A stretch of DNA of 64,000 nt from Candidatus Poribacteria bacterium (lineage in GTDB: Bacteria > Poribacteria > WGA-4E > WGA-3G): the NCBI GenBank assembly GCA_965205015.1, contig OZ242029.1:4160001-4224000 (forward strand). The letters are read 5' to 3'. Positions within the stretch are counted from its first letter, which is position 1; each line of letters begins with the position of its first letter. Shown one piece after another: positions 9,416 through 19,461 of the stretch. The notes under the pieces were generated by a model, which saw nothing but the letters and a program-made list of their open reading frames with translations, was not told the DNA's origin and did not search any database. The position numbers and the translations under genes were made by a program.

Positions 9416-10543
9416 TTAGATTTTTCCTTCGCGTATCGTTAACGCCGCTTTCAATTTTTTGTTCCCGATAAATTTTGTGCCGTGTGTGTCAAAGAATTCA
9501 AATTCACCGTCCAGGACTTCAAAGACTGCGACATCGGCGACGGTTCCAACTTTCAAATGACCGAGTTGTTCCTCACGTTGGATAGCCTTTGCGGCACTGA
9601 AAGTCGCTTTCTCAATCACGTCTTCAAGTGAGAGTCCCAAATGCATCATCTTTGACAAGACCGTCGGTAAATCATAGACGGGTCCGTTGATGTTGCCTGT
9701 GTGGAGGTCGGTACTGATAACGTCGGAGATGAAACCTTGTTCCATGGCGCGTTGTGCGACCTCATAACGGAAACTGCCTGCCCCGTGCCCGACATCGAAG
9801 ATAATGCCATCCTCGCGCGCCTTCCACGCCTCAGGTATCACGCGCCCCTTTTCGTCAACAATATTATCACCGTTGCCTTGGAAACAGTGGGTAATCACAT
9901 CGCCCGGACGGAGTAACCGCAAGATATCGGGCAGCGGCACGCCGGCACCGATATGACACATGACGGGTGTCTCTGCGCGTTCAGCGGCTTCAATGGCAAG
10001 TTTCAGCGGTTCAACGCCGTTATCGCCAACCTGCATTTTCCCCTGACGCACCTTGACGCCGACGGTCATATCGCGATGTGCTTGTAACGTCTCGGCAACG
10101 CGACCCGGGTTGGCATAAGCGATATCGTGCATTTCACCGACAGGTCCGTAGACAAGCCCAATTCCAGAGATGTGGATATAGGTGAGAATATTCGTCTGCG
10201 CGGGTTCAGCAATGAATTCACGGAAACCGGGGAACGTCACCCAACTGGGGCTACCCGCATCGACAACGGTGGTGGTTCCGGCTGTTGGGCAAACGCCGTC
10301 GGCTCTGATACCCCAAGTCGTGACACCGTAGTAGACATGCGTGTGGATATCAACGAGTCCCGGTGTCACGAATTTATCCTTAACATTGATGGTTTGCGTC
10401 GCTGCGTCTTCGGGAATGTCCCGTTCAATCGCAGCGATGACACCGCCCGTAATTGCGACATCTCGCCTTGCATTCAAATTCTGTGCGGTGTCAATGACAG
10501 TGCCACCTTTTAGTAGAATGTCGTAATTCATGTCCGTCCCCAT
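9416..10543 (-). CDS. amidohydrolase/deacetylase family metallohydrolase (dihydroorotase-like)
   Basis: PGLVDIHTH, GTTTVVDAGS, DVGHGAGSF and ISTDLH motifs. Confidence 0.9.
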   Translation of the reverse strand: MGTDMNYDILLKGGTVIDTAQNLNARRDVAITGGVIAAIERDIPEDAATQTINVKDKFVTPGLVDIHTHVYYGVTTWGIRADGVCPTAGTTTVVDAGSPSWVTFPGFREFIAEPAQTNILTYIHISGIGLVYGPVGEMHDIAYANPGRVAETLQAHRDMTVGVKVRQGKMQVGDNGVEPLKLAIEAAERAETPVMCHIGAGVPLPDILRLLRPGDVITHCFQGNGDNIVDEKGRVIPEAWKAREDGIIFDVGHGAGSFRYEVAQRAMEQGFISDVISTDLHTGNINGPVYDLPTVLSKMMHLGLSLEDVIEKATFSAAKAIQREEQLGHLKVGTVADVAVFEVLDGEFEFFDTHGTKFIGNKKLKAALTIREGKI

Positions 10544-10549
10544 TACTGC

Positions 10550-11230
10550 TTAGACGCCACGTTTGTCTCCCCATATATCTACGTGCACACGAGGGGAATA
10601 GCGATAACCGTTCTCTTTGCAGAGATCCACCAACCATTCCTGTTTCTGTCGTAGCACGACAGGTGTTGTCCCTTGCGGCATCAAGAGGATAGTCTCGGCA
10701 GGAATATCGATCTCCGTCTCTAACGCTTGGATTTCCGCTAAATCTTCAGGAGTGTCCACGACGAATTTCACTTGGCATGGATACTGATCCAAAAACTTTC
10801 GGATAACGTCGGGACGGATGCGGCCACGTTCGTGACGTTTGAAAAACCGGTTGTCTGCTGGCGGATTAGAGTTACGCAACTTAGGACTCATGGAAATGAG
10901 GTGTGCGGAAACCGCTGCAAAAAGCGTGGCGTTCGTTTCAATTGTGATGTGATGCCCACGTTTATCCAGTTCACAACAGAGCTCCATCAACTCCCGCGCC
11001 TGAATAAATGGCTCTCCACCGGTAATAACCACGTGCTTACAGCGGTATTGCGAGATGGCATCAACGCTTTCAGCGACAGAGATGTTCCGGTTTTCAGGCT
11101 TCCAAGATGTGTAAGGTGTATCACACCAAACACATCTCAGATTGCAATAACTCGTTCGGAAGAAAACAGAGGGAACACCGATAAGTTGTCCTTCTCCCTG
11201 AATCGTGTGGAAGAGTTCGCTAAATTTCAT
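10550..11230 (-). CDS. queE: 7-carboxy-7-deazaguanine synthase (radical SAM)
   Basis: ELFHTIQGEG, CNLRCVWCDT, TGGEP, IETN, SPKL and RVHVDIWG. ATG at 11230. Confidence 0.9.
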   Translation of the reverse strand: MKFSELFHTIQGEGQLIGVPSVFFRTSYCNLRCVWCDTPYTSWKPENRNISVAESVDAISQYRCKHVVITGGEPFIQARELMELCCELDKRGHHITIETNATLFAAVSAHLISMSPKLRNSNPPADNRFFKRHERGRIRPDVIRKFLDQYPCQVKFVVDTPEDLAEIQALETEIDIPAETILLMPQGTTPVVLRQKQEWLVDLCKENGYRYSPRVHVDIWGDKRGV

Positions 11231-11367
11231 ACTGTCGTCCCTCGCGAAGCGTTCAGTCAAGGTGATGTGTTAGCTGACAGCATCTTGTGAGGTCGGTCTC
11301 GGATTTTAAGGAAATTAGACGCGAGTGCTATTCACAAACGGTGCGAGGTAACGATTTCCGCGAATGA

Positions 11368-11739
11368 TTAAGCCTCAATGAGTTCAATTTGAACGTTGTC
11401 GGGTCCCTTGAAAAACGCCATCATGAGTCCATTGGGTTTCAAATCTTCGAGTTCCGCGCCCTTCGCTTGGAGCTTCGCGACCTCGGCGTCTAAGTCTTCT
11501 ACAGTAAAGGCGAGTTGATAGACACCCCAACGTGGGTTCCCGCTGGTGTCCTCGACTTCCATATCTCCGAACTTCGGTGAGAGGAAGATCCGTTCGCCAC
11601 CGATCTCCATCCGGACAATGGGTAACCCGCGGACCTCTACCTTTTCTGTGACCTTTCCATCGAACATCTCTTCATAATAACGAATTGCACCTTCTAAATC
11701 TTCACAACGAAGATGAACGTGGTGAAATGTAACTGCCAT
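11368..11739 (-). CDS. VOC/glyoxalase family protein
   Basis: FHHVHL, LAFTVEDLD and FFKGPDNVQIELIE motifs. Confidence 0.9.
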   Translation of the reverse strand: MAVTFHHVHLRCEDLEGAIRYYEEMFDGKVTEKVEVRGLPIVRMEIGGERIFLSPKFGDMEVEDTSGNPRWGVYQLAFTVEDLDAEVAKLQAKGAELEDLKPNGLMMAFFKGPDNVQIELIEA

Positions 11740-11810
11740 TGTTAGAATTTCCTTTCCTTAGAAGAATCGCGCTTTTCACGCGCGGGTTGAAATATGGTAT
11801 GGAATATACA

Positions 11811-11839
11811 ATTATCACACAATCGGTTGATTGTGTCAA
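11811..11839 (-). promoter_or_regulatory. sigma70-like promoter with overlapping palindromic operator
   Basis: Minus strand TTGACA-17-GATAAT; perfect inverted repeat ACACAATC-ggtt-GATTGTGT at 11817-11836. Confidence 0.65.
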
Positions 11840-12039
11840 ATTATTTTTCAGCGCCGTAACCCTCAAAAAGTTGAAGAATTGTCTACGAAATGGGTTATTA
11901 ATAAAAAAAAATGAAAAAAAATCTAACTTTTTTCGAGGAAGTGCGTCTAAAGTAACGAAAGCATCAATTGAACATTCAAATTTTGTGTAAAAAGTAATAT
12001 ACACTTTCAATATTTTCGTAAATGAAAAGGAGAAAAACA

Positions 12040-12381
12040 GTGTCAACGCAAATTCGTAAACAAGGCGACGTAGCGATTTTGGAACCCAACGGAAAAATAG
12101 TGGGACCCTCCGTATTGGAATTACGAGAGGCAATCGCGCCGCAAATAGAGACTTCCAACGCCCCACGTATCCTCATCAACTTTGAGAACGTCAATATGAT
12201 CGACAGTTCAGGACTGGGTGCTCTCATGGAGGCACGTGCCCTTGCGACCCGAAAACAAGGACGCATCGGGGTCATTCATGTTGGTAAACACATCAAAAAC
12301 TTGGTCGTTCTGAGTCGTCTCGTGAGTATGTTTGAACATTACGACGACGAGGATGCGGCAGTTTTAGGACTATCCGCATAG
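12040..12381 (+). CDS. STAS domain anti-sigma factor antagonist
   Basis: INFENVNMIDSSGLGAL motif; AAGGAG RBS before GTG 12040. Confidence 0.9.
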   Translation: MSTQIRKQGDVAILEPNGKIVGPSVLELREAIAPQIETSNAPRILINFENVNMIDSSGLGALMEARALATRKQGRIGVIHVGKHIKNLVVLSRLVSMFEHYDDEDAAVLGLSA

Positions 12382-12401
12382 AACGCACAGGTCAATGCAC
12401 G

Positions 12402-12437
12402 ACAAAAGGGACTGGTTTTACCGGTCCCTTTTTTGTT
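12402..12437. terminator. intrinsic terminator, possibly bidirectional
   Basis: ACAAAAGGGACTGG-tttta-CCGGTCCCTTTTTTGT just after the STAS stop codon. Confidence 0.75.
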
Positions 12438-12513
12438 GCCCCCGGCAAAGTCTTGACAAATCCCACTATGTTGTTATGATATCGTGAACGACTCACTGAG
12501 AAGGTATCATAAC

Positions 12514-14622
12514 ATGTCGCTGGAAAAATGGACAACTCTCCAAACTGAGCATATTCAATGCCTCGCAGAAACCCTTGCGAGACGGGAATTCCTTGCAATT
12601 GGGCAACTGGAACCGATCGCGGATTTTGAGGAACTCTTCACGTTTGACGAAGCACAGCCGACACCGATCGAATTCACACCGGAATATCCCGCTTGGCGGT
12701 TGGAATCGGTGGCTGCACGTCTCATTGAGGCGGTCGCGATCGCGGCACATGAACCGCTCACTGCGTTGGGATACCGCGAACTTGCTCGTATCCTGTTGGA
12801 GCATACTGCGTATCTCTACACCTATCCAGACGGTGAACCGCGTCCAAGGCTCGAAGCGGGCAGTGCATTGGCATTGGCAGGGAGTGTCTGTGCGTCGCTG
12901 CCACAATCGGAACTCTGGCGGCTTGCAGGCTTCGGAAGGATTTCGGCGGTATTAGCGGAGGTTGCGCCGGCACCGACAGATTCTCATCTCACCAGACCGA
13001 TAGATGCCGCTTTCTCGCTTGCGAATGAACGGAACCTCCCAATTTTGGCGTCCGCCGTTACTGCCTATAACACCGTTCTCAAACGCAATTTCACGCCTCA
13101 GTATCAATACAATCTGCCCTTCAGCGATAATGACTTTTTTGACGTCCTCGATCTGGATTTTCCGGGAATGGAAGCCGTGAAATCCGCCCTCTTAGCGGAG
13201 GATATGCCCACAGCCAAATCCGCATACATCGCTTTTCGGAGAGAATTTTTAGATTCACAGGTTGAACATAAATCAATCCCGCTAACGGAAAGATCCGATA
13301 CCTATACGACTGCGAAAACCTACCTTGAATGCCTACTTCGGTTATCCATCCATCCGACCCCTGCTATCACAGCAACGACAGAGATGGGGATTGCCGCACA
13401 CCTGTTTCCGGAATTCCGTGGGAGTGAACAACTTCGGACGCTCGCGCTGCGTCGTTATCAGTGGATCGCGGAGATGTTCTTCCGTTCCGATGGCTTTCAC
13501 AAGGACCGGACGTTGCGCTCCCACGTTGAAGCGATCGCTGACTTTGTCAGATTCCTCCGTTTTCAATCCGATTCACAAACGAATGCCCTCCGAGAGTTGC
13601 TCGAAAAGTTAGTGGCGACATGCATCCATTTAAGCCAACCCGATTACTCGTTTCCACCGCTTGGTCCGCTCCCTGCTCCGAATTTCGATGCCGTTGAGCT
13701 CTGTACGATCGTCGATAGCGACTTCCGGCGTGAGGATCTTCCGCATTCTGATATCACTTCGCACGCACTTCCTGAGACGGGCTGTTACGTCATGCGGGAT
13801 AGCTGGGAACCCGACGCACAGTACCTATTTTTCGATGCGCATCCGTCGGGAAAACAGAGCAACACGGACACCTCAACTTTCGTGTTATATGCACACGGAC
13901 GACACCTGACAAAAGGTGCTGTTCGTCTGCTTGATACGCCACTGTCCGCATCCGATAGGATTGATACGCAGTGGATAACAACACCCGCCTTCGATTGTGT
14001 CGAAAAGTGGCATCAAACGCCAACGGTTCACCATAAACGCGCCATCTTTTACCTCAAAGGCGAATACTTTATCTTACATGACCTCGTCCTCGGTGGTGGT
14101 GCACACACATTGGAACAGGTTTTTCGTCTTGATCGGGGGACAGCTTCGGATATCGCCACTGATACCGGATCTGCTTGGACACAGGATCCACGCCGTAGCA
14201 ATCTGTTCATCGGTGCGGTGGGGCCGACTCATCCCTCGGTAACGTTGGAGGCGGACAGCGTTATATATCGAAGTCCTCAAGAGTCGCCAATCGCAATGAA
14301 CACATTGTTATTTCCTATGAAACCTAAAGTTAAGGTGCCTCCGATGTTTTCCGCTATCGAAGTTCGTACGGATCCTGATGTTTTGGGCACAGGTTTCACC
14401 CTTCAGCTGCCCAATGTAACGGACACGTTTCTCATCTCTGACGACGGCTTAGCGGAGATGTCGTCTGGAGAGATTCGGTTTGTCGGTGAATCTCTCTTTT
14501 TACGGAGAGATACCTCCGGTTCAGCCGTTCAATTCGTGATGTTGAACGGTCGGTTTCTGGAGGTAGATGGGGACGTCCTTGCCGATTTGGCTGAAGCCTG
14601 CGAAAGTTATGTGCGGATGTAG
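12514..14622 (+). CDS. heparinase II/III-like protein, divergent
   Basis: LDLDFPGMEAVK, LPETGCYVMRDSW, YLFFDA, LYAHGR and HKRAIFYLKGEYFILHDLV. Promoter TTGACA-16-TATGAT at 12453-12480. Confidence 0.65.
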   Translation: MSLEKWTTLQTEHIQCLAETLARREFLAIGQLEPIADFEELFTFDEAQPTPIEFTPEYPAWRLESVAARLIEAVAIAAHEPLTALGYRELARILLEHTAYLYTYPDGEPRPRLEAGSALALAGSVCASLPQSELWRLAGFGRISAVLAEVAPAPTDSHLTRPIDAAFSLANERNLPILASAVTAYNTVLKRNFTPQYQYNLPFSDNDFFDVLDLDFPGMEAVKSALLAEDMPTAKSAYIAFRREFLDSQVEHKSIPLTERSDTYTTAKTYLECLLRLSIHPTPAITATTEMGIAAHLFPEFRGSEQLRTLALRRYQWIAEMFFRSDGFHKDRTLRSHVEAIADFVRFLRFQSDSQTNALRELLEKLVATCIHLSQPDYSFPPLGPLPAPNFDAVELCTIVDSDFRREDLPHSDITSHALPETGCYVMRDSWEPDAQYLFFDAHPSGKQSNTDTSTFVLYAHGRHLTKGAVRLLDTPLSASDRIDTQWITTPAFDCVEKWHQTPTVHHKRAIFYLKGEYFILHDLVLGGGAHTLEQVFRLDRGTASDIATDTGSAWTQDPRRSNLFIGAVGPTHPSVTLEADSVIYRSPQESPIAMNTLLFPMKPKVKVPPMFSAIEVRTDPDVLGTGFTLQLPNVTDTFLISDDGLAEMSSGEIRFVGESLFLRRDTSGSAVQFVMLNGRFLEVDGDVLADLAEACESYVRM

Positions 14623-14689
14623 TCAAGCATCAGGAATCGGAGTGTTTTTGCTTGGGTGTTTCGTCCTCCTACAAAGAGGTTATCATCGC

Positions 14690-15424
14690 TTAATCGGTTG
14701 TGAGCTTTTGTGCCTTTTTCAATGCTTTTTTCACGTCTTGAGGCGTAACATCGATGGCTGCTTGTCCCGTGTTGATGGCATTGCATGCGATAATGGTTTT
14801 GAGAATTTGATGTGCCAAGGTCACATGTTTCGTAACATTTTTTGAATTGCTATGTTGAAAGATGCGTTGTCTCTCATATCCGTAGAGGGTTTCTAATTCT
14901 CGGACGACGTTTTCCGGGACGTTGAGGTCGGGGATACGGTAATTCTTGCAGAACTCGTCTCGGGTTTCGTTAAAGAGTGCCTTGTATTTATCCGGGAACT
15001 GCACATGGTCGATATCAAGACGGCGGAAGCGATTGAATAGGATGTTGCGGAGTTGGGCGTGGTGCTGTGGAAGTTCATTTCTTCGAAGTATTTCACAATA
15101 CTGAGCGTAGTCGCGTTCGCATTCAACTTGATAAGCCTCAAGGAGGTCTTGATTGAATCTTTCATCGGCTTCGTCCCCGTATTTTTCTTTGTACGCCTTC
15201 TGATGATTTCGAGTGAAATCTTCGATGAAACCCTGTTTTTCCAGGTCATCTTCGTCAGGGATCGGATCCCCCATCCATTCCTCAAAGGGCAGCAGATCGG
15301 GTATATCGGGTGGTGGCAGATCGTCTTCAAATTCTTCCATGAATGCGTCAACGATCTGGGTTAGTGTCATAAAACGTGCGAAACATTTGACGACGAATTC
15401 TTTGTGTTTTTCTTCGAGTTTCAT
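14690..15424 (-). CDS. DUF2280-like (phage-type) protein with an acidic insertion
   Basis: KEFVVKCFARFMTLTQIVDAFMEEF and KYKALFNETRDEF resemble the two conserved blocks of DUF2280 as recalled; AGGAGG RBS. Confidence 0.55.
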   Translation of the reverse strand: MKLEEKHKEFVVKCFARFMTLTQIVDAFMEEFEDDLPPPDIPDLLPFEEWMGDPIPDEDDLEKQGFIEDFTRNHQKAYKEKYGDEADERFNQDLLEAYQVECERDYAQYCEILRRNELPQHHAQLRNILFNRFRRLDIDHVQFPDKYKALFNETRDEFCKNYRIPDLNVPENVVRELETLYGYERQRIFQHSNSKNVTKHVTLAHQILKTIIACNAINTGQAAIDVTPQDVKKALKKAQKLTTD

Positions 15425-15942
15425 GAGAATCCTCCTTAAAAATGTTACACTTGTGTAACATTTGGTGCGCGGTGGTGATCGGTAGAGAACCCAGTTGTTG
15501 TAAGGGTTCATAGGCATTTTTTGTAACTATCTACTGTGAAAAAAATAGATAAAATAGCGAAAAGTGTAACATTTTATTGAGATAGCCGGGGGCAGTGGAT
15601 TATCAGGCACTGCTCCTCCGTTGGTAAGGCAATTTGTAAGTTGAGTTGTATGATGTTTAACCTCATCTTTCCACTTTATTTGTTTTTAGGATATTTATAT
15701 AATATCATATATAATATAAGGATGCAAATTTATTTTTTTATCTATAGGAAAATTCGTCAGAATTGTGATTGACTATGATTTCTGTGATTCACCCTGATTG
15801 GCTGTGATTGACTGAGGTGCAATGAATTGCGCTACTACGAACCAGGCTCCTTTTGAAAAATGGACATCTTTCAAGTGTGCATCTGTTTGTAGTGATGCGA
15901 TTTATCGCATCAATGCGTAAGTCCGATCTATGATAAAAAGTC

Positions 15943-15971
15943 TTGCACTTGAGAGGTAGAAGGGATATAAT
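15943..15971 (+). promoter_or_regulatory. sigma70-like promoter placing the start site at the ATG of the RM gene
   Basis: TTGCAC-17-TATAAT, then 6 nt, then ATG 15978. Confidence 0.65.
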
Positions 15972-15977
15972 GGAAGT

Positions 15978-18900
15978 ATGAATTTCCAAACACGTTGCAA
16001 CCGTTATCTACAGAATATCCAACAAACACACAGCACTTCAGCAGCGACCCCAGAACTCTCTCTATACCCACATCTCCAGGCGTTTCTTGAAGGGATTGCT
16101 GTTGACCCTTTCGACAGAGATACCATCACATTTACGCAAGAACCGAGAAGATTGGATCAGATCGGTAGACCCGACTTCATCGCGATGGACGGCTTACTGC
16201 CTATCGGTTATATTGAGGCAGAAGTTTATGGCAGAGACCTCGAGGCACTCACCGGACACGCCAGGGAACAGAACGCTCGGTTTATTGAAAACCTCGATAA
16301 TTTCATCCTCACAAATTTCGTTGAATTCCGGTTGTATACGGAGGGGCAGCTGCGCGCAACCGCAAACATCCAGAACGACCCTGAGAATTTAGAAATGCTC
16401 TTGGAACGGTTTCTGAACGCTGGAGGTGTCCAAATCGCGTCACCCGAGGTATTGGCGAGATACCTCGCGAGACGGACGCGGGAACTCCAGATACAGATCG
16501 CAACGACGCTTACCGATGAAAATAGTGAAATCCACAGAATGTTCTCGGCGTTCAAGGAGACACTCATCTCTACGCTGACCCCTGACGACTTTGCGGATAT
16601 GTACGCCCAAACGCTCGCCTACGGATTGTTCGCGGCACGCTGCACACTCCCGAACGCGACGAACTTCTCACGGCACACCGCCGTTGAGGCACTTCCGAGA
16701 TCAAACCCATTCCTCGTCCAACTCTTTTATCACGTCGCCTCTCCGACACTGGAGACGAACGTGACCTACATTCTGGACGACATCGCCTCGCTGCTCCGAA
16801 ATGTCCCGACAGAGATGCTCCGCACGGCGTTTGCCGCAAGGAATCACCTTGAAGACCCTGTCATCCACTTCTACGAGACTTTCCTCGCCGAATATGATCC
16901 ACAACGCCGCGTCGATCGGGGTGTCTACTACACACCGCCACAGGTTATTTCTTATATCGTTCGATCGGTGGATAGCCTCCTCAAAACGGAATTGAACAGA
17001 TCTGACGGTCTCGCCGATGATAATACGCTCATCTTAGACCCTGCGACAGGCACCGGTGGATTCCTGTTGACGGTGTTGGATCACATCCGCGAGTCGGTTA
17101 CCGAAATATACGGCACGGGAGAGTGGAACCAATATATCAACGCGCAGTTGGTGAAACGGATTTTCGGGTTTGAGTTGCTCGTCGCGCCGTATACCATTGC
17201 GCATCTGAAGTTGAGTCTGTTCCTGCAAGCGCACGGGTGGCGCGCCGATGAACGCCTCCGTATCTATCTCACCAATACGTTGGAGAACCCTGGGGAAATG
17301 CAACCATCATTACCCTTTGCGGGGTTTATCTCGGATGAGGCGAACGCGGCGTTGTCGGTGAAACGGGACGAACCTCTTCTCGTTATTCTTGGCAATCCGC
17401 CTTATCAGCGAAGTTCTGCTAACCCGAGCCGTGACACCGATGGAACCTTAAATTTTATTGGGCGACTAATGGAAGATTACAGAAGTGTTGATGGAACACG
17501 AATGGCAGAGCGAAATCTCCAAGCACTTCAGGGTGACTATGTGAAGTTTGTTCGGTGGGCACAATGGCGCATTGACAAAAACGGTGAGGGTATTACTGGC
17601 TATATTGTAAATAACGGATTTTTGTACGGTATCATCTTTCGCGGTATGCGGCAGAGCTTGATGAACAGTTTTAATACCATCTATTGTTTCAATTTGCACG
17701 GCAGCAGCAGAATCGGGGAAATTGTACCTGATGGTGAAACTGATGAAAATGTTTTTGATATTCAGCAAGGTACTGCAATTCTATTGTGCGTTAAGGAACG
17801 TGGTAATGTTGATCCAGCAAAAATCTATTATGCTGACCTGTGGGGAAATCGAGAGGAGAAATACGAGATACTTTCGGAGACTGATGTTCAGACCACGTCA
17901 TGGACAGAGCTAATCCCTGACCCACCGTTCTATCATTTTGTGCCCCGTCACGATCAACATATAGAAGAATACGAAGTTGGTTGGGAATTAACTGACATCT
18001 TTCAAGCAAGTTCAATTGGAATTATAACAGCACGAGACAGACTGACTATTCATAGCACCCCAGAAGCGGTGTACACCACCGCCACTGATTTTGTGTCGCT
18101 CTCTGAATCCGAGGCACGACAACAATATAGATTGCCAAGGGATAGACGTGATTGGCAAATTCGTCTTGCCCAAGAAGATCTCCGCGAGCACCCTGATACA
18201 GAACAACACATAGTACCGATTAATTATCGTCCTTTTGACACGCGGTATACCTACTATACAGGACAGTCACGTGGGTTTCACTGTATGCCAAGACCCGCTA
18301 TTATGTCGCATCTCCTCACGAGCGAGAATCTTGCCCTCTGCACGCACCGCATCATTCGGAGTGCTACCACATGGCAGCATGCATTTATTACCAACAGAAT
18401 TACTGATGGCAATTGTGTCTCAAATACCGATGGCCCCACCCATGTTTTCCCGCTTTACTTGTATCCGAATCCTGAGGAATTGGGGATATCGACAGAACGG
18501 TCTCTCAATTTCAAACCTGCCTTTCTGACCGCACTTTCGGAAGCAGTGGGACTCTCACAGGTTGCGCCGTTTAACCTCCCTGAAGGCGTTTCAGCGGAGG
18601 AGATTCTCGCCTATGTCTATGCGGTGCTGTATAGTCCGACCTATCGCGAACGATATTATGAGTTCCTGAAATACGATTTCCCGCGTATCTCGTTGCCACA
18701 AGACCTTGATCAGTTCCGTACGCTCGCGGCGTTGGGACAGCGTTTGATGGATTGGCATTTATTAAAAAACGTGCAGATTCCGCCGATGCATCGGTTTGAG
18801 GGTGAAGGGGACGGTGTCGTTGCACAGGTGCGGTATTTGGATGGACGGGTTTGGATCAATCCGAATCAGTATTTCACGGATGTGCCGCCTGAGGTTTGGG

Positions 18901-19067
18901 AGTATGAGGTGGGTGCGTATCAGGTATGTGAGAAGTGGTTAAAGGATCGGCGTGGTGAAGCGTTGCGCTATGAAGATGTGCGACAGTATCGTGCAATTTT
19001 GGTGGCTGTGGCGGAGACGCTTCGGGTTATGGCGGAGATTGATGGGGTTTTGTGGGGGATTGTCTGA
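15978..19067 (+). CDS. type IIG / type ISP-like restriction-modification protein (nuclease-like N-terminus, N6-adenine MTase, C-terminal specificity domain)
   Basis: GRPDF...GYIEAE, GVYYTP, LDPATGTGGF, GNPPY, YRPFD, YAVLYSPTYRERY and YQVCEKWLKDR. No helicase motifs seen. Confidence 0.85.
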   Translation: MNFQTRCNRYLQNIQQTHSTSAATPELSLYPHLQAFLEGIAVDPFDRDTITFTQEPRRLDQIGRPDFIAMDGLLPIGYIEAEVYGRDLEALTGHAREQNARFIENLDNFILTNFVEFRLYTEGQLRATANIQNDPENLEMLLERFLNAGGVQIASPEVLARYLARRTRELQIQIATTLTDENSEIHRMFSAFKETLISTLTPDDFADMYAQTLAYGLFAARCTLPNATNFSRHTAVEALPRSNPFLVQLFYHVASPTLETNVTYILDDIASLLRNVPTEMLRTAFAARNHLEDPVIHFYETFLAEYDPQRRVDRGVYYTPPQVISYIVRSVDSLLKTELNRSDGLADDNTLILDPATGTGGFLLTVLDHIRESVTEIYGTGEWNQYINAQLVKRIFGFELLVAPYTIAHLKLSLFLQAHGWRADERLRIYLTNTLENPGEMQPSLPFAGFISDEANAALSVKRDEPLLVILGNPPYQRSSANPSRDTDGTLNFIGRLMEDYRSVDGTRMAERNLQALQGDYVKFVRWAQWRIDKNGEGITGYIVNNGFLYGIIFRGMRQSLMNSFNTIYCFNLHGSSRIGEIVPDGETDENVFDIQQGTAILLCVKERGNVDPAKIYYADLWGNREEKYEILSETDVQTTSWTELIPDPPFYHFVPRHDQHIEEYEVGWELTDIFQASSIGIITARDRLTIHSTPEAVYTTATDFVSLSESEARQQYRLPRDRRDWQIRLAQEDLREHPDTEQHIVPINYRPFDTRYTYYTGQSRGFHCMPRPAIMSHLLTSENLALCTHRIIRSATTWQHAFITNRITDGNCVSNTDGPTHVFPLYLYPNPEELGISTERSLNFKPAFLTALSEAVGLSQVAPFNLPEGVSAEEILAYVYAVLYSPTYRERYYEFLKYDFPRISLPQDLDQFRTLAALGQRLMDWHLLKNVQIPPMHRFEGEGDGVVAQVRYLDGRVWINPNQYFTDVPPEVWEYEVGAYQVCEKWLKDRRGEALRYEDVRQYRAILVAVAETLRVMAEIDGVLWGIV

Positions 19068-19104
19068 ATCGCGGATTATCGCGGATTATGCAGATTTCGC
19101 TGAT
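19061..19104. repeat. 9-bp-periodic TGTCTGAATCGCGGATT element (family C)
   Basis: Inverted copies at 20088-20132 and 22521-22565 share ATCCGCGAGAATCCGCGATTCAGACA exactly. Confidence 0.85.
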
Positions 19105-19461
19105 AAGAAGCCGGTTCGTAGTAGGGCGATTTATCGCCCGTTCTTTTCTGTGTATAATGAGTTTTCTTAATCTGAACAGAAACATTCAATAGCATTCAGT
19201 TCTGGCCCCTTTCAGATTCCGTTGAAATCTTGTGGTTTAATATGTTACTATCGAATTAACAGAAACAGGGTCGAATTTTCTAAACTACACTGTTATGGGG
19301 GTTTTATGGCAGAAGGACAATTTTTATTTAATATGGATTACCAGCAGTTTACTGAAATTTTGAACCAGCAAAATAATCTTTTCAAACTGCGAGAAAAATT
19401 TGATACGAGTAATGTACCTGTACTGCCATCGGAAATTAGGGCCACCCCCTAAACCAAGATT

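Noticed and set aside
11232-11350. Known preQ1 riboswitch upstream of queE
   Set aside because: No recognisable class I-III consensus; kept only as an unassigned candidate.
19306-19452. Short ORF MAEGQFLFNMDY... as a real small protein
   Set aside because: It ends abruptly next to IS3 debris and is more likely a truncated 5' fragment; no function can be supported.
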